From the NCBI RefSeq assembly GCF_036321535.1, contig NC_087451.1, forward strand, positions 55,490,001 through 55,554,000: a stretch of 64,000 bases of DNA. The letters run 5' to 3'. The notes beneath the pieces are model-generated. The model worked only from the letters and a program-made list of their open reading frames with translations, made no database searches and was not told the DNA's origin. The first letter of the stretch is position 1. Each line of letters opens with the position of its first letter. Positions 22,101 to 33,545 of this stretch are shown piece by piece. Source of the stretch: Camelus dromedarius. Taxonomy: Eukaryota. The position numbers and the translations under genes were made by a program.

Positions 22101-25100
22101 GAAAACTGTCCTCTGGACCCTGCACAGTGCCCTTCTTTCCTAAGCCACCACGTGGACCACTGGTGTGGCTCAGATGTGAGAAACGTGGTCCACTGACCCA
22201 TTACACCGAGCACGCCTCTGCCTGGCAGCCCCACACTCTAGCCCTCTCCCTAGTCCCACCCTGCGTGCCTGACCTGGGGTCGCCAGAACCTTGTTCTGAC
22301 CTCTAGAACCTCCTGTCAGGCGCTGGACAGAGCCACAACGTGGGGTTGGAGGGTGACCAGTCATCACAGGAGCTAGAACTCCTCACACAGACAACTAAGT
22401 TCTCCGGACCGCTTTTCTGTGAGCTGGAGGCTTCCAAAGGCTGGGGGTGGGGGTGTTAGAGGGCTGTGATGGAGGGAAAGAAGAGAGTTCTGTACCCCAT
22501 TCACTTGTTGCTGAGATGTGCTGGCACCGAACAGGACAGTGAGAGTGGGGCCAAGTCATTTTGGGGGGATAGGGTGTCATGGGGGGCGCACTAGTTCCCG
22601 GGCCCTAGCAGCTTTTGGTCTGGAGGGCAGCATTGGGAGCTTGGAGGAGGGAGGTGGCAGTTTCAGTTTAATTCACCTGGTTCTTTTTGTGCATTTCCCT
22701 GGAGCTCGGAGGGGACCTAATTAACTGACAGTTGGTCTGATTGCCAAGCTGGGGGAAGGAGGCTGGTTACTGGGAGTGCTCACTGCCCCCACCCCCATTT
22801 CAGCTTGGCTCAGGTACCAAGGAGGGCAACTTTTTGTTTTTTATGAAGACTGGGCGAAGAGTTCTGTAGCTTGAGAGAGGGGCCCAGACCCAGGCCCCCA
22901 GAGACCACCCTCAGGCCCCTGTGGGTCTGGGGCTCAGGCCCATACTTGAGCCTCATTGTGAGGTTGGAGGTGCCTGTGGTGCCATGCTCAGCCTCTCTCT
23001 GCAGCTGGATCCAGTTTCTTTAGAGTCCTTGAGCTGACCTTAGGTGGGCAGGGCCACGAGGGTGCCATGGCCCACAGGGCATCTTCTACAGCCAGCTTTA
23101 AGTCCTGAGGTCTGATGTCTTCAAAGGCCTTGATGGGGAAGATAGGAAGGAAGGTACATGTTCTGGAGTAGCCATGGAGTGGAATAGGCTTCGACTGGGA
23201 GCCAGTGATGAGTTTTTCTTGTCCTTTCTCTGCCTTGGTATGCTGTGTTGCTTTGAGGTCTTTGCTGAACCTCTCTGAGCCTTGGGTTTTCACCATGGTA
23301 AAATGAGGGGGTTGGGTGAGCTATGGAGTTCCTTTCAGCTCTGACAGTCTTTGATCCAAAAGTTCCCTGGGGACTCCAAAGCACTGTTTGTTCCCTGCTG
23401 GGGGTGGGCTGCAGGTGCTCATCCTGCCACCCGCCCCCCCCCCCATCTCCCATCTCTTTCTCCATCTCCTTAGATCCGGCGCAGAAGACCAACCCCTGCC
23501 ATGCTGTTCCGGCTCTCAGAGCACTCCTCGCCAGGTGGGCCCCTTCCCTGCCCCTCAGTCCTGGCCCCACCCTAACTCTGATGCCTTCTTGAGGCCCCTG
23601 TCAAAGTCTCAGAGTAGGAGACCGAGCAGAAGATGGAGGTGGTGGTTGGGGGAAGGTCCAGGAACCCAGCTCTCCTGGGTTCATTTATTGACCAGGCACC
23701 TCCCAACACGAGGAAGAAAAGGGCACAGTGGCTGAACCTTTGGGGAAAGTAATTTGGATTCTTTCTCTCTTCTCTCTCTCCCTCTTATCTCTTCTTCCCG
23801 GCTTGGTGCATTGGTGGCCTCCCTCAGAAGAGGAGGCCTCCCCCCACCAGGTGAGTTTCCAGGGGCAGCTGGAAGGAGGCATGCCAGGGCCCTTTGTGGT
23901 GGGGGTGGATGGGATCACTTCCCAATTAACACAGGGTGCCACCCAGGAGGACATTAGCATATCAACCGGCACCTGGGTGAGAGTGCCTGGTGCCAGAGTG
24001 CCTCCAGCAGATCCTCCTCTGCCCTTGTCTTTCCTCTGCTCAGACTCAGGCTGGGCCTCCAGAACCCAAAGTCCTGCCCTGAGCCAGGCCACAGCTACAG
24101 AGACCCTCCCAAAGCCACCAGGTAGCCTCAGCAGGTGCAGCACCTGAGGGGCAGCTGTGCATGGACCCAACAGCAGAGGCTAGACCAGTGGGCCCAGGTT
24201 GCCATGGCGGGATGGAACAGAGGGAGGGTAAAGGGAAGAGGCCTCTGGGCGCCCATTTAACCTGGCACTTCCCCGGCAGAGAGCCTCAGGAGAAGGGCAC
24301 CACCTCAAGTCGAAGAGACCCAACCCCTGTGCCTACACACCCCCTTCACTGAAAGGTACTCTCCCCCCACCCATCAGTCTGGCTGTTCCCTTGACCCCTG
24401 GAACTGGGCTGACATTGGGGGTGGGGGTGAAATGCCAAGCTTTTGTCAGTGGAGAGCGATTGTCTTGTGTATCCACCCCAATCCCTATTTAGAGACAAGT
24501 TCTTTCTTTTTTCTTGTAAAAATGATCCGAGAGGCTGAAAAGGGTGGCGCGTGGGTCTTAAAATCCGGTTGAGGGGTTGAAAGAAAAGAGGTAGCTGGCC
24601 CCACATAACAAGCAGGCATCAACTTAAAGAGATTCAGCTCTGAGCCTCCTTTGCAAGCGTGCGCCAGGCCACCTCCCGCTCCCCGTCCCCAAAGGGCACC
24701 TCCTTTGGGCAGCACCCCTTGCTCTCCTCTCCCATCCCTAGACATTTGCACAGGTCTGCACACTGATGCTGCTGTTCCTGCTTTTCTTCTCTAAAGGCAA
24801 GTCATTTCTATAGCACTCATTTATCGAACACCTAGTGTATATACCAGGCACCCCCTGGTGAGCACCGGACAAAATAAGAGTAAGATTTGGCCACTGCCCT
24901 CTCGGGGCCCTTCACCTCAAAGGGTTAGGGAGAGTTACAGAGGCGAGGACGTTTAAGCTTGGATTTGAAGAATGAATAGGAATTCACACCAGGCACGGAG
25001 GGGCATTCCCGGAAGAAGGAGGAAGATGTGCAAAGAGGAGCAGATGTGAAATCACCAGGGGTCTTCGGGGCCAGCCAGGAGACTTGGCTTCCAGCTGTGG

Positions 25101-28100
25101 AGCTGAGGGAGACACACCTGGAGGAGAAGCTGGGGCAGGTGGGAGTGTGGGGAGAGTCTCTTCCTAACTAAGCCTTAGGATGCTTTCCCATCCCCACTTC
25201 ACCTCCCGCCCCCCCCCCCCCCAGGCTCTTCCTGACTGGCCAGCCCTCTCCTCCCACGGAGGGAGGGAGGGAGTCCAGAAGGGTGTGATGAGAGCTCCCT
25301 CAGGCATGGGTTTAATGAGTTCCCAGCAGCTGGCCAAGGTCTACAGGTGTACCTGCCAGCCTGCCCGCCATGGTTGGGATCAGAGAGGCCGGGAGGAGAG
25401 GAGAGAAGGGCAGGGGCCCTTTCTCTTCCCCTAGGACGGGAAGATGTAGGGATAGCAAGCAGGCAGTGGGTTCAGCATTTGGAAGGACTTCCTACCTGTA
25501 GGGATGTGGAGAAGGCCAGCCCCCGAAACAGTCATGAGGGAGGTGGCATCTTCTCAGGAGAGAATGTAAGAAATCTCTCTCCTCTACCCAGGGCTGGGTA
25601 GGGGGCAAATGGCTGTGACAGGGAAGGAGCCCCCCCTTGGCCTCTTGATTGTGCGTAAGGCCCAGAGGGCTGGGGTGAAGAAGACCGGGCCAGGGTGCTT
25701 CCCAGGTGTCCTGCAATGGCCATGACTGTGCCCCATCCACACTGCCCCTTTGGGCTGTGATTTAAAAGGGTCTAAGTAGGGAGAGGCCAGGCAGGGGAAA
25801 GGGGCCAGGAGAGGGGTTGGGAGACTGCTGTGGTGGGGACCTTTGAACTTAAAAAGGGAGACTTGGAGTGGGAGGTATAGCTCAAGTGGTAGGGCACATG
25901 CCTAGCGTGCACGAGGCCCTGGGTTCAATCCCCAGTACCTCCATTAAAAAAAATTAAATAGATAAACCTAATTACCTCCACCCACTGCCAAAAAAAACTA
26001 AAAAGAAAAGGGAGACTTGGGGGAGTTCAGGGTCCCAGAGATGGAGCCAGAGCAAGGAGGCAGCTGGGAGGGTAAGGAGAGGTGGGGTAGACCCCAGAGA
26101 GCCCCAGGAGGCTGGAGGCAGGAGAGGAGGCACGAGGCGCGGGAGGCTCACGGGGCGCCGGCACAGGGCTGCGCACACCTATTGTCGCTGTGGCTCACGA
26201 TCTGAAGAACTGAACTTTCCTCCCCCGTCTGGCTGCTCCTCGAGCTGCCACCTCCTCTCCTCCCTTCCCCCTTCCTCCAACCCTCAGCAGACCCTTCTGT
26301 ACCTGGAGGGCACTATTTTGCAGGCGTCAGTCCCTTTCTGGGTAAGGGAAAGTACTTGGTGGGGTTGGGGATTTGTAGGGGGAGAAGCCCAAGGCCCCCA
26401 AGGGACGGTGGACACTGACTCTTGACTTGAGGGGGGCTCTCCAAGGCTGAGCTCTCACACTTGGCTCAAGGTGAAGTTTTGCCGAGTCCCCAAGGAGAGG
26501 GCAGGGCGATTTATTGCGCTTTTATTGCCTGGATAGTCTGCCCAGAGCCAGCAAGAGGCACTGGGCGGGAAGCTCGGGGCAAGGCGGGGCAGTGGGTATG
26601 CACAATGCACCCTCTGTGCCCATCCCCGAGTTGGCAGGAGTGCAGTGCCCTGCTCCCTGCACCGGAGGTTTCCAGCCTGGATCTACCCCCTGGGCTTTCT
26701 GACGGAAGGGGCCGCCTGCGGACCAAGAAGTAGCTGCAGCAACCACAGCCCCTGGCTGTCAGCATCTGGCCTGTGGGCCTTGAATTTAGTGGCCTATATG
26801 CACTAAAATCCCACCAGCTCCTGGCCCCCTGCTGCCTCTGCCCCAGCTACTCCTCACGGGGTCCTCTTACCCCCTGCCATTCTCCCAGAGTCCCCCAGCC
26901 CTGGCCCCTTTCTCCTAAGCCCCCGTTCCTTTCCATCTTTTGGAAACTTCTCTCCAGCTGCCCACACTGTTCCCTTCCTAGGCCCTATCCCAGCAGGCCT
27001 TGGTGGTGTTGGGGGGGTGGGTGGTGTTTGCTGCTTTCTAGGTCACCGCAAAGGGAGCTGAAGCTTGGGGATGTGGGTCAAGATTGTGGGGGCCGCGTCT
27101 GAGCCACCACATCCCTAGGCATGGATGTCGCTGGCGGCAGACTCATGTCCTCAGTCTCAGACTTCTCCTACCTCCTAGGCAGAGGTGTGTGGAGGGGCAT
27201 CTATGATGGGGCCAGGAAGTGGGGACCAAATCCAGCACGAGGTGGTGGGCAGGATCGGGGTGAGCAGTGAGCCCAAAGCATGCTGAGCACTTCCCTAGAA
27301 ACGGAAAGGGACAAATCTCCCAGGGCCTAGCCCACAGGCCCTGTGCCTTCTCCCAGGGCTGTAGCTGGTGGGCACTGTCTCTAGTGCCGGGTCTTTGGAG
27401 AATCCAGCTCCCCAGCCAGAGAATGTTAAGCTGTTGCTGGGCCCGCCTGGTCTTGTCCAGCTTGGCACCCTGTGGTGTGGGGAGCTGCCTGTGCCAGCCT
27501 CTGGAGGACCAGCATCTTTGGACAGCTTAAAAGCCAAACAGGATCAAGAGACTACACCCCACTGCTTCTACTCTGGTCTGGCCCCCAGCAGACTGACCCG
27601 CCACCTTTAGTTTTTGAACTAGACCCCTGAGGGGGTTAGCTCTGCCCCAGGCCCACTGGAAGGAGGCCAGGGGGCTGGGCCACATGCTTCTCCCGCCCCA
27701 CGGGCTGCTTCTTGGGCTTGGCTGACCCTTGCCTTCCCGGGTCCCCCCGTGCCAGCCGTGCAGCGCATTGCCGAGTCTCACCTGCAGTCCATCAGCAACC
27801 TGAACGAGAACCAGGCCTCAGAGGAGGAGGATGAGCTGGGGGAGCTGAGGGAACTGGGCTATCCAAGAGAGGAGGAGGAGGAGGAGGAGGAGGATGACGA
27901 AGAAGAGGAGGAGGAGGAGGACAGCCAGGCTGAAGTCCTGAAGGGCAGCAGGGGGTCTGGTAAGCTGAAGGGGCTGTGAAGCCTGGGTTCCCCCACCATG
28001 GGTTAGGTGGGGGTCCTCCTTGAGTGTCCTGGGGCACCCCCTCCCAGTTCACAGTTTCTCACATGTGTAAACGGCAGTCACACCACAAGGGCCTCCCCAT

Positions 28101-29526
28101 CCTCTCACCCCACAGGATGCCTCGCACTCAGCCTTATCTGACACCTGGGCTGCTCCCATCCTTGCCTCAGTCCTTCTCCCAATCAGGTTTCCCCCAATAA
28201 TTCCTCTCTTTCCTAAGAATTAAGGCAAGGCCACATGAGGTTTGAGGCTAGACCTAAGAAAGGACTTACCACCCATGGTGGTGAGGGGGTGCAAGGAGAT
28301 GAGGAAGAGAGGACTAGGAGTGTCCAGTGCCCCCATCACCTGTATTTCTGAACACAGGGAGGCAGAGAGCTGGTTGGTAAGTCCTCTCCAGGAACATGTG
28401 GCTCTCTCTCGCCGGTTATTTCCTAGGCTGGAGGTGAGAGGGTGCCCTCTAGTGTCTAGATGGAAAATCTAGGATTCAAGAGCCAACCTTGTCCTCTGCG
28501 CCTCCAGCCCCAGCTGCCTGGAAAAAGAGGGGCCAGGGAGGGGCCTAACACCTACCCGAAAGGCCTCAGGGCTAGTGGCCCCAGATCCAAAAATCTCCAC
28601 AGAGGGTCCCAAGGCCCAGAGAATTCCTAAGCAGGAGGATCTCAGCCCCTCCCATGGCTGTGTTTTTCCACACCTGGCCACAGTCCCTCCCAGTGTGCAT
28701 TGAACTTTTTGGTCCCATTACTTATGGGGATGAAAATAGGCAACCACCCCTGCTTGAAGTGTCCATCCCTTGCATTCAAACAGAATGGCGTGGGCCTCCT
28801 CTCTGCACTGGCAGTGGGGGCATCAGCCACGGGGGCAAAAGCTCCAGCTGGAAGAGTTGAGTCAACTCCCCCTGAGACTCCCAGCACAAGTGAAGAGAAG
28901 GTGAAAGGAGACTGTTCCCTCAGGAAAAGCAGCAGGGCAGTGGATCATATGACGCAATGACCAAGGAGTAATATAGATCGCCACCACCCCGGCTGCCAGC
29001 ACTGGGCTGCAGGGTGTTAACTATTATCTTATTTAAGGCAGTCAACACAATTTCCTTCTTACCATCCCTTTCAGAGAGGTAACAAGGGACTTATATAGGT
29101 CATATGGTTAGTCATTGGAAGAGCTGTCTTAGTCCAGTGCTCTCTCCACTACACCATGATGCCCTCAGAAAGCTTAACATCAACCATCTGACAGACTCAG
29201 CTCATGTTCCAGAATGGCCAGATGGATGCTCAGAGGCTGTGTTTTAATCCTTTCTCTCCTGTCCCCAGCTGGGCAGAAGACAACTTGTGGTCAAGGTCTG
29301 GAGGGTCCCTGGGAGCACCCACCCCCTCTGGATGAGCCCCAGAGAGATGGAAGCTCTGAGGACCAAGTGGAAGACTCAGCATTAAATGGTGAGGTTTGGG
29401 CGTGGGGGGGAGGGGAGGCAGGGCTGGGATCTTGGTGGACGTGGCCAGGCCCTAAGTCCCTCTGTTTGCCTTGCAGAGCCTGAGGAGGAGCCACAGCGCC
29501 CTGCCCACCCTGAGCCTGGCACATAG
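21809..29526 (+). CDS. PPP1R1B: Protein phosphatase 1 regulatory subunit 1B (DARPP-32), 204 aa, 7 coding exons
   Basis: Exons 21809-21889, 23474-23534, 23828-23850, 24280-24355, 27756-27959, 29269-29388 and 29477-29526 total 615 nt, all GT-AG. Contains the KKIQF PP1 motif, RRRRPT34, YT75PP, the acidic tract and the C-terminus [14 protein letters not shown] at 30259-30264. Confidence 0.98.
24810..25135 (-). mobile_element. LINE-2 fragment in PPP1R1B intron 4
   Basis: ctcatttatcgaacacctagtgtatataccaggcac...ttggatttgaagaatgaataggaatt...gggcattccc. Confidence 0.6.
25865..26005 (+). mobile_element. Full-length camelid-type tRNA-Ala-derived SINE (vic-1-like) with perfect TSD
   Basis: ggagtgggaggtatagctcaagtggtagggcacatgcctagcgtgcacgaggccctgggttcaatccccagtacctcc, an internal A-tract, a unique 3' segment and an A tail. 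Perfect TSD aaaagggagactt at 25852-25864 and 26006-26018, at an L1-endonuclease TT/AAAA site. Confidence 0.92.
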
Positions 29527-30639
29527 GCACCCAGCCTCGCATCTCTTGGAAGGAAGTGGAGGGGACATTGCTGTTCCCCAGAAACCCACTCTGTCTCCAC
29601 CCTATTTTTTACCCTTCCCCTCACGCGCTAGGGCTGTGGCTACTGACTTCTAGAAGACTAAGGCTGGTCTGTGTTTGCTTGTTTGCCCACCTTTGGCTAA
29701 TGCCCAGAGTCCCCGGGAACTTGCTACCTGATGCCTACCCCTGCCAGTCATTTCCCCATTCACCAAGTGGGGGATGGGATGTGAGAGAGCTTGCATTGGA
29801 AAGCCCAGTCAATGGGGACGAAGGTTCATTCTTCACAGTTCTACTCCCCAGACCCTCTCCCCTGGGCACAGGAAACCACAGGGCAGGACCCTAAGATCTG
29901 GGGAAAGGGTGTACTGAAAACCTGTAACTGCCCTTAGATCCTCCATCCCCTGGGGAATTCCAAGTCACCACCCTTCTCACTGGCTTCTACCAGGGTCCAG
30001 CATTCAGGCATCCTTTTCACAGCCTCAACATTTTGGAAGTCTTCCCCTGTTACCTGCTCCCCAGCCTGGGTGCCTGGAAGATGGACTGGCAGAGGCTGCT
30101 TTGTTGCGTTTTGTTTGTGCTTTCATGCCAGGAATGCCGCCTATTACTAAGTCTTTATGGGGGGTGCACGGTGGGGGAGCCAGGTTCTCCTTGTCCTCCA
30201 GCTGCTCAGCCCCCTTCCCCTCTTTCCTGACTCCAGGCCTGAACCATTCCCGTGCTGTAATAAATCTTTGTAAATAACTGTGCTGAGACTTCTCTTTCAG
30301 GGTAAAGGAGAGGGAGGAGGAGGTAACGGGATTCCCCAAGTGTCCAGTCTATGGATCTAGGAGTCTTAACTGCAGACAAGCTCCGAGCCTTCTTAGGAAG
30401 GACTGCACAAGTTCTAGATCCTGCTAGGGTTGGCTGAAAGGGGTGGGGAGGGGAAGGGAGGGAGAAGAGGAGTCCTTCAAGAGTAATTGAAGGGACGGTC
30501 CCCCAGTCCCACAGGCCTCGCCTCAGGAAGGCCCCCTTTTTTCCCCCACAGTGCCGGGCCTACGTGGCCCAGTGAGGATGATGCCTGGGCTTCTCTCCAA
30601 CTCCCTCACCATTAGGGAGATACATTCCAAGCCTAGCTT

Positions 30640-31130
30640 CAGCTACAGCCCCAACTTCCGGTCATTGGGGGTGAGGCCCAAGGGCTTGGGGGCGGGGCCG
30701 AGGCGAAGGGGCGTGGCTGCAAGCCTACGCACGTCCCGGTTCGTTCTCAGGGGCGGACTCAGTGGCGGAAGTGGCGCCTCCGGAAGATCCCCTTCCGCTC
30801 GGAGGCGCTGCGGTGGCCGCGGACCAGACTGTTGCTGGGGCAAGGTGGAGCCAGGGCCGTAGCTGATATGGAGCAGGTGGGTCCGCGAGAGGTCACTGGG
30901 GCCGGGCGGTGGTACGAGAGCTACGTCTTGCCAGCGGATCCCGCCGCACCCGCCGGTGTCCGTTCTTGGTTCCGTCCGACCCTTCCCACACCCGCCGCGT
31001 CCCAGGTTCCGCCCCCTTCCTCTGCTCGGGTTTCTACCCAGCGCGGGACTCCGGGGTCTCCGACGCTGACCCTCCGCGGCCCCGCCCATTCGAGAGAGCC
31101 TGGAAGGACGTCTCGGGTCGTCTCCCAAAA
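30640..31130 (+). promoter_or_regulatory. STARD3: STARD3 CpG-island promoter and non-coding exon 1 (donor CAG|GTGGGT, exon ends 30876)
   Basis: ETS/GABPA motifs ACTTCCGG (30654), GCGGAAGT (30765) and CCGGAAG (30780), a GC box at about 30750, no TATA box, CpG-dense. Confidence 0.8.
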
Positions 31131-31479
31131 TGTTTCTCTTGGCTCTTAGGGGGGAAGCAAGGGGGTGGTATCTGGGTTTTAAAGGGCTGGAGTTGGGTCT
31201 GGGGAGGGGTCAGGGTTTGAGAATGAGGAGGGAAAATATCTACAAGTTCCTGTTGTTCTGCGTCTATCATCCGGTTTTCCTCAACTTCCTTTGGAAACGG
31301 CAGTGAATGACTTCCTAACTGACATCAAAAGGGCCCTTTAAGTGTCTTTCATGAGTTATTAGAGGTGCAGAAGACCAGTGACCTCCTTCCTAATTGATGT
31401 AATTGACACGTGCCCTCCTTCCCCTTTTTTGACTTCCTCCGCGTCAGCATCCTCTTATTTTCTCCTACTCCTGACTGTG

Positions 31480-32585
31480 CAAGTACCGTGTCACATACTC
31501 CTCTCCTGCCCAGCTCCTCACTCTGTACGCTGAATCTGGATGGTCTCATCTCTGTCATGGCTTTAGATTTACACCACCTAAACACCCGAAACGCGCCCAG
31601 ATCTACATCTTTAGCGCAGCCCCTCCTACTACCGGTTGGACAGCTCCACTTCAGCTGGAGCTCTCCTCCATCTAAACTTAAAATGCTTTTCCCCTCTGCA
31701 GATTCAGTCTTTCTCTGCTACCCCACCCCAGTCAGAAACCTGACAGTTATCTTCTACTTCCTCTTCTTCCTCAATTCCCATATTTAAGAGGTGACCTAGT
31801 CCAACTAATTTCCTGAACATGCTTCATGCTGGTCCCGTGCTTCCATCTCTTCTGTTACCACCCTTGATGTGTTTCTCACCAGGATGACTGCAACGGCTTC
31901 CCAATCATGGCAACTTCCAATCATGGCTGTCTGCGACCCAGTCTCCAAACTGTAACTCTTGTGATCCTTTAGAAATATGTCTCATAGTTTCATAATGTCA
32001 CTTTCTTGCTTAAACCCCTTTGATGGTTTCCCATCACCTATGGGAAAGGCTGAATCTTTAGCAAAATTTACAGAGCTCTTTATGATCTGACCTCTTCCCT
32101 ACCAATCTCCTGTGTGTATTCTGAGGTCCTACAATATGGCCCAGCAGGATGCGGTTGCCCACACCTTGCTGTTTTGTGTCCCCCTGCCTTTGCACACACC
32201 AGCCCCACTGCTGGGAAAGCCCCTTCTCTCATCTGCTGGGCTACCTTCTACTTGTCCTTCAGTGCTCTGCTCAGGCAGCGTCCCATCTCTATATCACCTT
32301 TCCCCCACCTTCCCAAGGCTAAATATTATCCCATCTGAGTCCCTGCAGCATCCTGTCCATAATAGCATAGTGATTAAGAATACAGACTTTTGAATCAGAC
32401 TTTCTGGGTTCTGATACTGTTTTGTGACTTTGATGAAGTCAGTGCCTCAGTTTCCTCATTGGTCAAGTGGAGATAGTAATGTGCTTACCTGACAGAGTTA
32501 TTGTGAGGATTAAATAAAATAATGTATGTATAGGGCTTAAAACAGTGAGCACATCAGTGCTCCATAAGTAAATGTTAGCTATTAC
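31480..32585 (+). mobile_element. LINE-2 fragment (about 31480-32350) followed by a MIR (about 32350-32585) in STARD3 intron 1
   Basis: L2 phrases (ttaaaccctttgatggtttcccatcac, ctgcctttgcacac); MIR core gtgcctcagtttcctcat...ttattgtgaggattaaat. Confidence 0.7.
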
Positions 32586-33229
32586 CTTTTATAGAAGAAT
32601 ACTATAGAACAGTGGTTATGACTTGTAATGTTACAAGCTGCTTGAGGACAGTTGATGCAGCTTACTTCTCATTCTGTCCCAGAGCCCCAAACCCTGGCTC
32701 TTTGCCAATAAATAAAATGCTGGGGCAGAGGGCATTGGGGACAGAATCTGGATTTGTTGAGTGAGGACTCAGAAAGGTGAAAGACCCAGAAACGATATCA
32801 GTCTGCTCAGGAAATGAATCTGGAAATGGATAAATGATACACGGCAAACATTAATTCTAGACCTCTGGGAACCCAAGGGAGAGAAAGGCCAAGGATGGCT
32901 TCCCAGAGGAGCTGACTGTTCGTGAGGGGCCTTAGAGTAAGAGAATGAGTTTACCAGAGGTGGGTAGAGATCGTGGTGGGCTGAGAGAATGTAGAGCTCT
33001 TGCAGGGAGGGGGCTGAAGTGGGCAGGAGGGCAGAGGCAGTCCCCTCTGCTCAGGTTGGTGATTTCTTTCCTCCTCTGGCCATGAGGAAGTGTCCCCTTG
33101 GATTAGGAGCCTGCAGGGCCCATGCCCTGGGGAGCCTAGAGGCCTGGTACCCGGTGTTTGGGGGCAAGCCCCTGGGGTAGGATCAGCACACATACCTGCG
33201 GGCTGGGCATGTGCTTTAAGCCAGAGTCT

Positions 33230-33545
33230 GGGCCTTTGTTCATGCCTGGAATGCCCATCTTCCTCGCAACCAGCTCAAAGATGTGAATTCTTCAAGGCCT
33301 GGGTCATAAGGCTTCCCCTCACTGTGGCTTTCCTGACCTCACCCACTCCAGCCTGGATCAGATGCTCCCTTCTCTGTGAGCCCACGATCCTTTGTTCTGT
33401 CCTCCCTGAAAGTGCTGATTACAGCGTGGCACTGCGCGCTGTTTATCTGTCAGCCTCCCCCACCCGACCCGGAACCCCTGAATATCCATCCCCTGGACCA
33501 GCACAGTGTCTGGCACACCATAGGCTCTCAGCTCACATGCTGCGT
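33230..33545 (+). mobile_element. LINE-2 3' fragment
   Basis: tgcctggaatgccc...cagctcaaaga...ggaccagcacagtgtctggcacaccatagg. Confidence 0.65.

Noticed and set aside
25865-25945. tRNA-Ala gene (also at 15115-15194 and 16884-16940)
   Set aside because: A tails, target-site duplications and broken stems identify these as SINEs, not tRNA genes.
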